From Bacillota bacterium (GTDB taxonomy: Bacteria > Bacillota > Clostridia > Christensenellales > DTU072): DNA of 64,000 nucleotides. Position numbers and translations under genes: made by a program. The notes beneath the pieces are model-generated. The model made no database searches and was not told where the DNA came from. It was given only the letters and a program-made list of their open reading frames with translations. The stretch's first letter is position 1; the number at the start of each line of letters is the position of its first letter. The DNA is taken from NCBI GenBank assembly GCA_023394875.1, contig JAEXAB010000003.1, positions 364,334 to 428,333 of the forward strand, given 5' to 3'. Shown piece by piece: positions 45,618 through 59,471 of the stretch.

Positions 45618-45646
45618 ATTATAATTACAGGCATAAAAAAAAGCAA
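45618..45646 (-). promoter_or_regulatory. Candidate promoter of the tyrS-led gene string
   Basis: The minus strand reads TTGCTT (45646-45641), a 17-nt spacer, then TATAAT (45623-45618). This leaves a leader of only about 40 nt. Confidence 0.45.
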
Positions 45647-45734
45647 CCAATATACTTAAAAATATCCTAATTTATTTCATAAACAAAGCAAAAAAAATTT
45701 GCAAAAATATTTTTATGATAATATAATACATAAT

Positions 45735-46475
45735 ATGAAAAAGTATTACAGCCCAATAAAAGAATATGACAAAAGGAAAAAACATCACCCATTTTATGCT
45801 TTGACCAGAGCCATAGTCAAGAGGTTTTTTCCTGAAAACGAATTTATTTGGAAGACAGAAAAGCCAACGGACGGAGAAGCTCCTTTCTTTGTGTGCAACC
45901 ACACAAAAATCTATGCGCCGGTATATTTTCTACTGCAAAAGGACACCAGAGTGTGGGCTAACTATTACTTCCTCTTTATGAAAACCTGCTGGCAGCATCT
46001 GAGCAAACGGGTTCTCCCCACCGTCAAAATGAAGTTCCTTTTGTATCCTATTGCGTTTTTGATTACTCCGATTATTGTGCTTACCTTCCGCGCGTTCAAC
46101 CCGATACCCGTTTACCACTTCGGCAAGACGGTGTGCGAAACCTTTAATAAGAGTATCCAAACAATGGAAGAAGGTATCCCGCAAGTCATTTTCCCCGAAA
46201 GGACGGAAAACAGAGTCAACAAATACATCTATGAGTTCAACGCAGGCTTCCCTATGGTTGCCAAAGAGTATTATGACAAAACCGGCAAGATTATGAAGTT
46301 CTATCCATTATACTGCGCTCAGAAACTTAATACCTTTGTTGTGGGAGAGCCGATAAGCTACGACCCCAATGTTCCCATAAAAATTCAAAGAGCGGCAATT
46401 TGCCGTTATTTAGAAAAGAAAATTGAGGAACTAGGCGACATCCTGCCTCCTCACGAAGTCGTCCCTTACGTATAA
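45735..46475 (+). CDS. PlsC-like (lysophospholipid) acyltransferase family protein with a variant catalytic motif
   Basis: MKKYYSPIKEYD... VCNHTKIYA sits where HX4D is expected, and FPERTENR resembles the FPEGT block. The ATG at 45735 is preferred over the ORF-track 45699. Confidence 0.5.
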   Translation: MKKYYSPIKEYDKRKKHHPFYALTRAIVKRFFPENEFIWKTEKPTDGEAPFFVCNHTKIYAPVYFLLQKDTRVWANYYFLFMKTCWQHLSKRVLPTVKMKFLLYPIAFLITPIIVLTFRAFNPIPVYHFGKTVCETFNKSIQTMEEGIPQVIFPERTENRVNKYIYEFNAGFPMVAKEYYDKTGKIMKFYPLYCAQKLNTFVVGEPISYDPNVPIKIQRAAICRYLEKKIEELGDILPPHEVVPYV

Positions 46476-46481
46476 AAAAAT

Positions 46482-46505
46482 AACGCCCCGTTACGGGGCG
46501 TTTTT
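46482..46505. terminator. Bidirectional rho-independent terminator
   Basis: AAAAAA-TAACGCCCCG-TTA-CGGGGCGTT-TTT, between convergent genes. Confidence 0.8.
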
Positions 46506-46506
46506 G

Positions 46507-46950
46507 TTATTTATTAGCTAAGTATTTTTCCACCAATGGATTTACCAATGCTTTGTCAAATTTTCCTGCCACTTGCGGCATAATGGTTTTTATTATCATT
46601 CCTTTTGTTTTTGCCGAATTATCATCGTAGATGTCGGCGGCTTTAATCAGAGCAAGAACTTCCTCTTCGGTCATTTGCTTAGGAAGATATACAGTCAAAA
46701 TTTCCACCTTTTTGTTAGCTTCGGCGGATTTTTCCTCATTTCTGCCCTTTGACATTTCCACAATCTCTTTCTGAACTTTGATTTCCTTAGTAATGCATTC
46801 TATTACTTCGCTGTCCGATACTTCTCTGCCTGCTTCTATTTTTTCTTTCTGCAAAATCCCTGCGATTATTGCTTCCAGAGCGTTTTTAACTTCGGTATTG
46901 CCCGTTTTGCGCGCGTTGGTAAAATCTCTTCTTACGTCGTCTTTAAGCAT
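46507..46950 (-). CDS. GatB/YqeY domain protein
   Basis: 147 aa; ...ARKTGNTEVKNALEAIIAGILQKE... is typical of the YqeY family. Confidence 0.8.
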   Translation of the reverse strand: MLKDDVRRDFTNARKTGNTEVKNALEAIIAGILQKEKIEAGREVSDSEVIECITKEIKVQKEIVEMSKGRNEEKSAEANKKVEILTVYLPKQMTEEEVLALIKAADIYDDNSAKTKGMIIKTIMPQVAGKFDKALVNPLVEKYLANK

Positions 46951-46960
46951 AACTCCTCCT

Positions 46961-49900
46961 TTATTTGGCTACAGCCAATTTAACAATAAATTTGTATTCC
47001 CCTATTTCTATTTCCGAAACAACGTCGGTATTAAGTTCGTTTACTATTTCGATAGCCAGTATATCCTGCTTGATTCTGTCGGCGTATTGCTCTATAGAAT
47101 CGTTGACAAATTCATCAGAAGAAATAAAGCAAGCCTTGATTCTCTGCTCTACGGCAAAACCTGCGTCCTTTCTTAAAACTTGAATTTTCCTTATGGTTTC
47201 TCTGATAAAGCCTTCTCCGATAAGGTCGGCTGTTAGGTTGGTATCAATTGCATAAGTGCCGTTATTTTCTTTTGCTACCACAAAGTTTTCTTTAGGTCTG
47301 TCGTGGCAGTCAAGTATAGATTTTTCCAGATTTTCAAACTGACCGATAGAAATTATTCCGCTTTGATATTGTTCATCTAAGCTTAACATTTCTTCTCTAT
47401 TTAGGTTGTCAACCAAAGTTTTGAGCTTTTGCGCTTCTCCCTTTAGTTTGGCTCCCGCCACGCGGAAATTGACGGTGAAATAATGTTCATTAAAGGCTTT
47501 TTCGTCCTCCGCAAAGACAACTTCCTTTATGTTAAGCTCTTCTTTTACTACGTTAATAAGAGGTAGAATATTATTCTTTTTATCCTCGGAAGTTACTATA
47601 TAGAGAGTCATTAGCGGTTGCTTAATCTTTATTTGAGCTTCGTTTCTCATTCTTTGCGCGGTGGCAATTACGTCTCTTACTAAAGCGGTCTGAACAAGTA
47701 TTTTTTCATCGGCGGGCATTTCTATACTATTCGGATAGTCCGCCAAATGTACGCTTATAGGAGCGTCCTTTTCTATCTCTCTTACCGTGTTTTGCCAGAT
47801 ATAATCGGTTATAAAAGGTATAATGGGGCTCATTACTTTAATGGCGGCTTTTATTGCCTGATACAAGCACCAGTATGCGTTCATTTGGTCGTTTTTGTCT
47901 ATGGACTTCCAAAAACGCTTACGGTTGATACGGATATACCAGTTGCTTACGTCATCGGTAAAGCTCTCAAACTCTTTTATGGTATTTGTGGTGCGGTAGC
48001 TCTTATAGCCAGCGTCTGCCGCTGCCAAAAACGCGTTTGTTCTCTCAATTATCCACTTGTCGCTATGGGTAAATGTGCTGTAATCGGGCTTGAAATTGCC
48101 GATGTCGGGGTTGTCTAGACTTGCATACAGATTAAAGAACACGTAAATATTCCAAAAAGCAAGTATCTTTCTGCGCGCCTCGTCGGTAAGGCTGTAGCCA
48201 AAACGTACGTCCCCTGTTACGGGAGAAGAACAGAACAAATATCTTATTGAATCGGCTCCCATCTTTTCGGCGGCTTCGTCAAACCTTATCATAAAGCCTG
48301 TCTTGCTGAACTTTCCACCCTCTTCGTTAACTACCGATGAGTGAGTAACTACTCTTTCGTAAGGCGCTTTGCCCGTTATAACAACGCTCATAAATAATAA
48401 GGAATAGAACCATAATCTTATTTGCTCTTTCATTTCGATAACAAGCTCACTAGGGAAGTTGTTATTAAAATACTCTTTATCCTCAAAATACTTTTTGGTG
48501 CTAAAAGGCGTAATTCCCGCGTCAAGCCAGCAGTCGCCCACCTCAGGCACTCTTTCTACCAGTTCTCCACACTGCGGACAACGGATTTTTATTTTATCAA
48601 TATATGGTCTGTGCAGGTGAGGCACGCCTTCCAAAGAATGATTTTCGCTAAGTTCAATTAACTCTTCTTTACTGCCCACAACGGTAACTTTACCGCACTT
48701 TTTGCAGACGTAGAAAGGTAAGGGCAGACCGTAAAATCTTTTTCTGGAAATATTCCAGTCGCCCATATTATTGAGCCAGTCCACCATACGCTTGCCCGCA
48801 AAATCAGGCTCCCATTTAACGGTGTTGGCGGCGGCAATCAACAAAGGTTTCAATTCTGTAGTAGCAATGCTCCATTCGTCAACCAATTTGAACACAACTT
48901 CGCTCTTGCATCTCCAGCAATGGGGATAGCTGTGAGTAACAGGGTCGGTTTTATATAATGTACCGTCACTTTCCATACGGCTGACAACCAAATCGATTAC
49001 TTCGTTGGTCTTCTTTCCGGTAAGGTTTCCGAAACCTTCCAAAATAGTACCGCTGTCGTCAACGGGACAAATTTCGGGCAGATTAAATCTCTTACCTAAG
49101 TCAAAGTCTTCGGCTCCGCAGCCCGGCGCAATATGCACAACGCCGCTACCTTCGGTTGCGTCAACGTCTTCCCACGGGATTATCTTATGTTCAAAATTCT
49201 GAATGCCAAACTCCGGGAAAACAGTTTCATAAGCTTTTCCGATAAGTTCCGCGCCCTTAAATTCTTCAATAATGGTTACTATATCGCCCTTTAGTTTACC
49301 CAACGCGCCTTTACCGATAATGATATTGCGGTCGGTAGACTTAACCTTAACTCTGACGTAGTCGATTTCGGGGTTTACCGCCAAAGCCACGTTACTGGTT
49401 AACGTCCACGGAGTGGTCGTCCATACTATTATACTGTCGTTACTGTCCTTTATTTTTAACTTAGCGAAAATGGAAGTATGAGTAATATCCTTATAGCTTC
49501 CGCTCATTTCGTGTTCGCTTAGCGACGTTCCGCAGCGGGGGCACCAGGGCATAGGTCTGTGGCTTTTTACCAGCCAGCCTTTTTCTTGACAAATCTTCAA
49601 GAAATGCCAGATAGAAGTTATATTGAGGTCGGTATTGGTAAAATAGCTGTTCTCCCAATCCATCCACTGTCCCAGACGCTTGCTTTGTTGGGTTATTACT
49701 TTGGAAAATCTGTTAACCCTCTCCATACATTTTTCGGTAAACTTATCAAGTCCGTATTCGATAATTCCCTTCTTGTCGCTTACGCCGATTTCCTTTTCGG
49801 CTTCTACTTCCACCCAAAGCCCTTGAGAATCAAAGCCGTTTTGGTATTGACAGCTCTTGCCGTGCATGGCGTTGTATCTTATATTTACGTCTTTTAAGGT

Positions 49901-50083
49901 TCTGCCCCAAGCGTGATGAATGCCCATAGCGTTGTTGGCGGTAATAGGCCCGTCAAGAAAGCGGAATCTCTCCCCGTTCTTGTTCTTTTCCACAAGCTTA
50001 TCAAAGCAATTATTATCCTCCCAAAACTTCAGCATATCCTTTTCAAGCTGAATAAAATCGGGATTTTGGTTTTCCTTGCGCAT
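46961..50083 (-). CDS. ileS: Isoleucine--tRNA ligase (type 2, about 1040 aa)
   Basis: FLDGPITANNAMGIHHAWGRTLKD (HIGH region), a KFSKTG (KMSKS) motif and Zn-binding CPRCG/CWRC/CKKCG/CPQCG motifs. Confidence 0.95.
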   Translation of the reverse strand: MRKENQNPDFIQLEKDMLKFWEDNNCFDKLVEKNKNGERFRFLDGPITANNAMGIHHAWGRTLKDVNIRYNAMHGKSCQYQNGFDSQGLWVEVEAEKEIGVSDKKGIIEYGLDKFTEKCMERVNRFSKVITQQSKRLGQWMDWENSYFTNTDLNITSIWHFLKICQEKGWLVKSHRPMPWCPRCGTSLSEHEMSGSYKDITHTSIFAKLKIKDSNDSIIVWTTTPWTLTSNVALAVNPEIDYVRVKVKSTDRNIIIGKGALGKLKGDIVTIIEEFKGAELIGKAYETVFPEFGIQNFEHKIIPWEDVDATEGSGVVHIAPGCGAEDFDLGKRFNLPEICPVDDSGTILEGFGNLTGKKTNEVIDLVVSRMESDGTLYKTDPVTHSYPHCWRCKSEVVFKLVDEWSIATTELKPLLIAAANTVKWEPDFAGKRMVDWLNNMGDWNISRKRFYGLPLPFYVCKKCGKVTVVGSKEELIELSENHSLEGVPHLHRPYIDKIKIRCPQCGELVERVPEVGDCWLDAGITPFSTKKYFEDKEYFNNNFPSELVIEMKEQIRLWFYSLLFMSVVITGKAPYERVVTHSSVVNEEGGKFSKTGFMIRFDEAAEKMGADSIRYLFCSSPVTGDVRFGYSLTDEARRKILAFWNIYVFFNLYASLDNPDIGNFKPDYSTFTHSDKWIIERTNAFLAAADAGYKSYRTTNTIKEFESFTDDVSNWYIRINRKRFWKSIDKNDQMNAYWCLYQAIKAAIKVMSPIIPFITDYIWQNTVREIEKDAPISVHLADYPNSIEMPADEKILVQTALVRDVIATAQRMRNEAQIKIKQPLMTLYIVTSEDKKNNILPLINVVKEELNIKEVVFAEDEKAFNEHYFTVNFRVAGAKLKGEAQKLKTLVDNLNREEMLSLDEQYQSGIISIGQFENLEKSILDCHDRPKENFVVAKENNGTYAIDTNLTADLIGEGFIRETIRKIQVLRKDAGFAVEQRIKACFISSDEFVNDSIEQYADRIKQDILAIEIVNELNTDVVSEIEIGEYKFIVKLAVAK

Positions 50084-50137
50084 ATATCCTCCGTATAGAG
50101 TAAATTTATTATTCCATTAATTTTTATAATTTAATTA

Positions 50138-50166
50138 ATAATACTAAAATAAGTATTAAATGTCAA
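50138..50166 (-). promoter_or_regulatory. Candidate ileS promoter
   Basis: The minus strand reads TTGACA (50166-50161), a 17-nt spacer, then TATTAT (50143-50138). The leader is about 50 nt. Confidence 0.45.
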
Positions 50167-50318
50167 TAAATCCGCTATGAAAATAACTATTTATTGCCAA
50201 AATCACCGACTCTTTCTTTCCATAAAGAACCAAATAATCTAAAATAAGAATACCATTGCCAGTTTGCAATAAATGGGTTATAATATATTCTTGTTAACAA
50301 AATACAAGAGAGGGACAC

Positions 50319-51803
50319 ATGGAAATCGGTTTTAGCAATGAGCTTTATATCCAGAAGCAGACAGAGAAAATTTTAGAGAGAATCGCACATTTTGACAATA
50401 AGTTATACTTGGAATTCGGAGGAAAGCTCTTTGACGATATGCATGCTTACCGCGTTTTGCCGGGCTTTGCTTACAACTCCAAAATCAATATACTGCATAA
50501 ACTGAAAGACAAAGCGGAGATTATTTTTGTAATAAGCGCCGCCGATATAGAGAGAAACAAAATCAGAGCCGATTTCGGGATTACCTACGGCATGGACGTG
50601 CTGCGCCTAATCGACAGAATAAGAGAAATGGGTATTCTTATTAACAGCGTAGTTATTACTCAATACAGCAATCAGACTGCCGCCGACGTTTTTGTAAACA
50701 AACTTCAAAGACGGGGAGAAAAAACATACATTCACCGCTACACGAAGGGCTATCCTACCGACGTTGATACTATTGTAAGTGACGAAGGTTACGGAGCTAA
50801 TCCTTATATAGAAACAACCATGCCTTTGGTGGTAGTGACCGCCCCGGGTCCGGGTAGCGGCAAGTTGGCTACTTGTCTTAGTCAGCTTTATCATGAGTAT
50901 AAGCGCGGAGTAAAGGCAGGGTACGCTAAGTACGAAACCTTCCCTATTTGGAATCTTCCCCTCCGCCACCCCGTAAACGTAGCCTACGAAGCGGGCACGG
51001 CTGACCTTGGCGACGTAAATATGATAGACCCGTACCACCTAGAAGCTTACGGAGTAAGCACGGTAAATTATAACCGCGATATAGAGTGTTTCCCCATAGT
51101 AAGAAGCATTCTCAATAAAATTACCGGCGATGAGGACCTCTATAAATCCCCCACCGATATGGGCGTAAATATGGCAGGATATGCCATAATAGACGATGCG
51201 GTAGTCCGCAAGGCTGCTAGGCAGGAAATAATAAGGCGTTATTTCAAGGCGGCTTGTGATTATAAGCAAGGACTTTGCGATCTTACCCCCAGTCAAAGAA
51301 TACTCCTTCTCATGAACGAAAACAAAATAACCATAAGCGAAAGAGCTGTGGTTCAACCCTGTCTTGACAAAGCCGAAATTACCAAAAAACCTTCGGTTGC
51401 CATTGAGCTTGCCGACAAGCGCATAGTTTGCGGCAAGGCTACTTCCCTTATGACTTCCTGTTCCAGCGCCGTTCTCAACGCCGTTAAGACCTTAGCCAAT
51501 ATCGACGATGATATTTTACTGCTGTCCCCCAGCGTGTTGGAACCTATAATAAAACTGAAAAAAGAAGTTTTAGGCGGACAGAACGCCAAACTAAATTTAG
51601 CCGACGTTTTGACTGCGCTCAGTATTTGCGCCGTACCCGATTCTATGGTGGAAAAGGCATTTGACTGCTTAAAAGAGCTAAAAGACTGCGAAGCGCACAG
51701 CTCTTGTATGCTGCCCGAAATCGATTTGAGTATGCTACGAAAGCTGGGTATCAATATAACCAGCCAGCCCGAATTCTCCTCCAAACTGCTTTACGGGATT
51801 TAA
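50319..51803 (+). CDS. DUF1846 / UPF0371 family protein
   Basis: 494 aa. The N-terminus FSNELYIQKQTEKILERI...LYLEFGGKLFDDMHAYRVLPGF matches my memory of UPF0371. Confidence 0.75.
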   Translation: MEIGFSNELYIQKQTEKILERIAHFDNKLYLEFGGKLFDDMHAYRVLPGFAYNSKINILHKLKDKAEIIFVISAADIERNKIRADFGITYGMDVLRLIDRIREMGILINSVVITQYSNQTAADVFVNKLQRRGEKTYIHRYTKGYPTDVDTIVSDEGYGANPYIETTMPLVVVTAPGPGSGKLATCLSQLYHEYKRGVKAGYAKYETFPIWNLPLRHPVNVAYEAGTADLGDVNMIDPYHLEAYGVSTVNYNRDIECFPIVRSILNKITGDEDLYKSPTDMGVNMAGYAIIDDAVVRKAARQEIIRRYFKAACDYKQGLCDLTPSQRILLLMNENKITISERAVVQPCLDKAEITKKPSVAIELADKRIVCGKATSLMTSCSSAVLNAVKTLANIDDDILLLSPSVLEPIIKLKKEVLGGQNAKLNLADVLTALSICAVPDSMVEKAFDCLKELKDCEAHSSCMLPEIDLSMLRKLGINITSQPEFSSKLLYGI

Positions 51804-51889
51804 TACTACAAAATATCTCTCATTTCTTTATAATCTTGCAATAAGCACCCCTATATTGCCTTTATACTGTATTTTAACAGAAAATAAAG

Positions 51890-54136
51890 GTGATTATGGC
51901 GAAAAAAATTATTGCAAAAATTGTTGTCTATTCCATTATATTTTTACTTTTAAGTCTTACCGAAAAGTTTTTAGGCTTGTTCGGCTTTAGCGTTGGTCTG
52001 CTCTTTGCACTTTTTTATTGCAAAGAAAACCTCTTTATTCTCTTACCGACGTACGCTTTTGCTTCTTTACTTATTAACTTTTCCGTACCCTATCTTATAT
52101 GCGTATCGGCGGTAATTTTAGTTGTTTTCTTAGTAGCTTTATTTCATTATAAAAGCGGCAAAAAAATTTATCTTCTAGAAAACAGTATCCTAATAATTGT
52201 ATCTCAGATACCCGTTATGGTGTTTTTCTCGCAAACGCTTAACCTGTTTGCCCTGACGATTATCGGCGTGGTTATTTCCGTTGCCTTTCATTACATATCT
52301 ATAATTGTTTTTTACCCTGTGCTTATTCGGGGGTTAAGATATCGCATTTCCGCCAAGGAATACTTTGCTGCGGCTTTAGTTATTATCGCCCTTAGCATTG
52401 GGCTGACTACAATAACGATATTTGATATAAGGATATATTATTTTGTGGCAACGGCGGCAATAATCGTCCTTTCTAATATTGACAAAAAGCAACTGATGCC
52501 ACTTTCCTGCGCTCTGGGTATCGGTGCTACAATAGCAACATCAGACCCGAACTTTACGGCGGTTACCTGCATTTTATCTCTTATCTGCCTATCTATTTCT
52601 GCCGCCCCAACCTATCTTAGGGCGTTGGGTGTACTCTTCGGTTACGTAATTTTGTATTACTTCCTAGTCGATTATTTTGACCTTATAGGCGCGATACCCG
52701 CTTTTGTGGGATGTCTTATCAGTGGAGTTATACCCCAAAAACTTTATAACAGACTGTCCGATATTAAACAGAGCTATCAGCAAAAATTTGCGCTGCGTAC
52801 CGTTGTCAACCGCGACCGTGAGGAAATAGGTAAGAAGCTTAATAAAATTTCTTCAGCATTTTACGAAATGCAACAACTCTTGGTAAGTGAAAATCCTGTG
52901 GAAGAAACACCGGAAACGCTTACCTACTCCGTTTGTCAAGGTTGCTGTTTTACTTGCCCTAGATACGCGCGCTGTCGGGATAAAATGGGAGACACCGCCA
53001 CCCCCGTGTCCAAACTTGTTCTGTCGGCTTTGGACAACGGCAAGGCTACCCTGCTTGACGCCGGCATAAGCTTGGGAGAGAACTGCACCAAACTTTCCCG
53101 CCTTATTTCCTTAGCCAACGATACCGTAAAACAATACCGCAAAATGCAGGAACGTAAGAGCGGAATTGAACAAGGCAAAGAAATGGTAGTTTCTCAACTA
53201 GGAGGTGTGAGCGAACTGTTAAACGAACTTTCCCTCTCCCTAACAAGCACTCTTACTTTCGATACCGATTTGGAAAAAAAGCTCATTGAGGAATTGGGCT
53301 ACGCTAATATAATAGCCACCGATGCAGTAATTTACACCGATAATGAAATTCCTAAGGAAGTTAATTTAATAGTAAGGGAAAGTGACGTCAATAAAGCGGC
53401 TTTACCAAAAATTCTGTCCGACGTGGTGGGTATAAATATGGAAGAACTAAGCAGGGCAAGAGCCGTCAAAGGTATGGTAAGCCTCAATTATTCTTTGGCT
53501 CCGCGCTATAAGATACTGTACGGAGAAAGTATTGTCAGTAAAGAAGGAAGGCACTGCGGCGACACCCGTCAGGCGGTAAAAATAGCCCCAAGTAAAATAA
53601 TGTTCGTACTATCGGACGGTATGGGTACGGGGATAAGCGCCCATGATACCAGCAGCCATATGCTTATGCTTATAGAAACCTTTTATAAAGCGGGTTTTTC
53701 TCACAAGGCTATTTTTTCTTGTGTGTCAAGGCTACTTGCCTTACGTAAAAAAGAGGATTTCAGCGCCCTTGACTTGGCTGTGGTAGACCTTGAGAGCGGT
53801 GACGTTGATTTTATCAAACAAGGAGGCAGAGAAAGCTATATACTCTCCGACAAAAAACTTGACGTTATTCAAGGCTCCGCTCTGCCTTTAGGTATCGTAG
53901 AAGATGCCGAACCCTTTATTGAACGGAGAAGGTTAAAAAGCGACGACATATTAATAATGTTAAGCGACGGCATTACCGATAATATGTCAAACGAAGACTT
54001 CGCAACTTTACTTTGCGGCGATTTTTCCAAAAATCCACAGGATATTGCCGAAGCCATTACCGCCGATACCATCAGACTGTCTGATGAACACGCCGACGAT
54101 ATGACGGCTATGGTAATAAGATTGGTTCACAAATAA
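51890..54136 (+). CDS. spoIIE: Stage II sporulation protein E (PP2C phosphatase)
   Basis: About 10 N-terminal transmembrane segments and a C-terminal PP2C domain (FVLSDGMGTGISAH, LMLSDGITDN, DDMTAMVIRL). The start is GTG 51890 or ATG 51896. Confidence 0.88.
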   Translation: MIMAKKIIAKIVVYSIIFLLLSLTEKFLGLFGFSVGLLFALFYCKENLFILLPTYAFASLLINFSVPYLICVSAVILVVFLVALFHYKSGKKIYLLENSILIIVSQIPVMVFFSQTLNLFALTIIGVVISVAFHYISIIVFYPVLIRGLRYRISAKEYFAAALVIIALSIGLTTITIFDIRIYYFVATAAIIVLSNIDKKQLMPLSCALGIGATIATSDPNFTAVTCILSLICLSISAAPTYLRALGVLFGYVILYYFLVDYFDLIGAIPAFVGCLISGVIPQKLYNRLSDIKQSYQQKFALRTVVNRDREEIGKKLNKISSAFYEMQQLLVSENPVEETPETLTYSVCQGCCFTCPRYARCRDKMGDTATPVSKLVLSALDNGKATLLDAGISLGENCTKLSRLISLANDTVKQYRKMQERKSGIEQGKEMVVSQLGGVSELLNELSLSLTSTLTFDTDLEKKLIEELGYANIIATDAVIYTDNEIPKEVNLIVRESDVNKAALPKILSDVVGINMEELSRARAVKGMVSLNYSLAPRYKILYGESIVSKEGRHCGDTRQAVKIAPSKIMFVLSDGMGTGISAHDTSSHMLMLIETFYKAGFSHKAIFSCVSRLLALRKKEDFSALDLAVVDLESGDVDFIKQGGRESYILSDKKLDVIQGSALPLGIVEDAEPFIERRRLKSDDILIMLSDGITDNMSNEDFATLLCGDFSKNPQDIAEAITADTIRLSDEHADDMTAMVIRLVHK

Positions 54137-54140
54137 AAAA

Positions 54141-54166
54141 AAGCTATCCGAAGTTTCGGATAGCTT
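54141..54166. terminator. Bidirectional rho-independent terminator
   Basis: AAAAAAA-AAGCTATCCGAA-GT-TTCGGATAGCTT-TCTT, between convergent spoIIE and nifJ. Confidence 0.8.
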
Positions 54167-54185
54167 TCTTAATTTAATGTTTTTA

Positions 54186-57758
<3,573 letters not shown>

Positions 57759-57920
57759 TTAACATTATATATAGAAAATCTCTCAAAGTCAATCTAATTT
57801 GAATATTGTTTCCAATATATTTACAATATATTACCATTCAAAAACATAAGGAAATTACTCGTTGACTAATGGGTGCAGATGTTTTATAATATTTGTATAT
57901 TTTATTAAATTTGGAGAACA

Positions 57921-59381
57921 ATGATGAAAACTGGCTTAATCGTACTTATATGTGTTCTGGGCGCCTTTGCAGCCCTACTTCTTTTTATGATTATACGCGC
58001 CGCTTTAGCAAAACCGAAGGCGTTAAATAATCAAAATTATACCCCCATTGAGGTAAATAAAGAGGAAGTTACCGAACATTTAAGTCAAGCCGTACAAATA
58101 CCTACCGTTACGGTAATTACCGAAAATCAGAGCTATCAACCTTTTTTGGATTATCATAAATTTTTGGAAAAAACCTACCCGCTAATTCATGCTAAAGCCG
58201 AAAGAACGGTAATCAACGGCTATAGCCTAATTATAAAATATCCGGGAACAGACAGTAGTTTATTGCCCGGTTGCTTCCTTGCTCACCAGGACGTTGTACC
58301 CGCCCCCGCCGAAGGTTGGGAAGTGGACCCCTTTGCCGGAGTTGTAAAAGACGGCTACGTTTACGGCAGAGGCAGTCAGGATATGAAGAGCCAAATGATA
58401 GCGGCTTTGGAAGGCTTAGAAATCCTTTTACGGCAAGGCTTTACACCTAAGAGAACAATTTATTACTGCTTCGGACACGACGAAGAATATACCGGAAAAG
58501 ACGGCGCTAATTCTATTTCCGATTATCTTTTTAATAACGGCATCCGCTTTGAATTTGTTATCGACGAAGGGGGCACGGTTCTTGACGGCGGTATGCTAGG
58601 TATCGACGGTATGGTAGCTCTTATCGGCACTTGCGAAAAAGGCTACGTTGATTATCTCCTTACTTCAAGAATGGACGGCGGACACGCTTCTGCTCCCCAA
58701 AAACGCAGCGCGGTCGACGCTATCGCCGAAGCAATTTTGGACTTAAAACATTTACCTATGAAGAGTTATTGGTCAAAACCCGCCAAACAGACTTTCAGAA
58801 CTCTGGCGCCCTATATGATGCCAATCTATAAGTTCTTATTCGTAAACTCCGATATTTTAGGACCTTTACTCAAAATGGTTCTTTCTTTGATTAATCCCAT
58901 TACCAATAGCTTACTAAGAACTACTTTTGCCTTCACACAAATGGAAGGAGCCAGTGCGCCCAACGTTATTCCCACCAAAGCGTCGGCTGTTGTCAACTGC
59001 AGAATAAATATCGGTCAAACTCAAAAAGAAGTTAAGGAACATATCCAAAAGGTTGTGGGCAAAAATATAGAAGTGACCGAACTCAACCCCGGTTTTGACC
59101 CCTCCCCCGTAAGCCGTACCGATACCGAAATATACAACGTGTTGGTAAAATCAATAACACAAGTATTTGATAAGTTTATACCGGCGCCCTATCCGTTTAT
59201 TGCGGCTACCGATGCGAAATATTATTACAAAGTAAGCGACAACGTATACCGTTTTACACCATTCTTGGTCAGTATGGACGACCAACACAGAATCCACGCC
59301 CTAAACGAACGTTGCGACATAAACGGACTTGTAAAAGCCACACAATTCTTTGCCTGCTTTATCCAAAACACCTGTCAATAA
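57921..59381 (+). CDS. M20/M25/M40 family metallopeptidase with an N-terminal membrane anchor
   Basis: 486 aa with AHQDVVPA, GRGSQDMKS and FGHDEE motifs, plus an N-terminal transmembrane helix. Confidence 0.8.
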   Translation: MMKTGLIVLICVLGAFAALLLFMIIRAALAKPKALNNQNYTPIEVNKEEVTEHLSQAVQIPTVTVITENQSYQPFLDYHKFLEKTYPLIHAKAERTVINGYSLIIKYPGTDSSLLPGCFLAHQDVVPAPAEGWEVDPFAGVVKDGYVYGRGSQDMKSQMIAALEGLEILLRQGFTPKRTIYYCFGHDEEYTGKDGANSISDYLFNNGIRFEFVIDEGGTVLDGGMLGIDGMVALIGTCEKGYVDYLLTSRMDGGHASAPQKRSAVDAIAEAILDLKHLPMKSYWSKPAKQTFRTLAPYMMPIYKFLFVNSDILGPLLKMVLSLINPITNSLLRTTFAFTQMEGASAPNVIPTKASAVVNCRINIGQTQKEVKEHIQKVVGKNIEVTELNPGFDPSPVSRTDTEIYNVLVKSITQVFDKFIPAPYPFIAATDAKYYYKVSDNVYRFTPFLVSMDDQHRIHALNERCDINGLVKATQFFACFIQNTCQ

Positions 59382-59471
59382 TATACATTTTTACATATCT
59401 TGTTTTGTCCGGGCTTTTCCCTTAGGGGTTAAGCCTAAATTTTCTAAAATATGTATCTAAGGGAGATAAAT

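Noticed and set aside
45574-45734. An expected T-box leader upstream of tyrS, and likewise for ileS at 50084-50318.
   Set aside because: The predicted leaders are only about 40-50 nt, and neither region contains the conserved T-box or specifier-loop elements. I report this as an absence in the findings.
50607-51784. Three consecutive minus-strand ORFs (143, 105 and 143 aa) tiling the DUF1846 gene.
   Set aside because: They are antisense shadows of a well-supported 494-aa plus-strand gene, with no RBS and an implausible composition.
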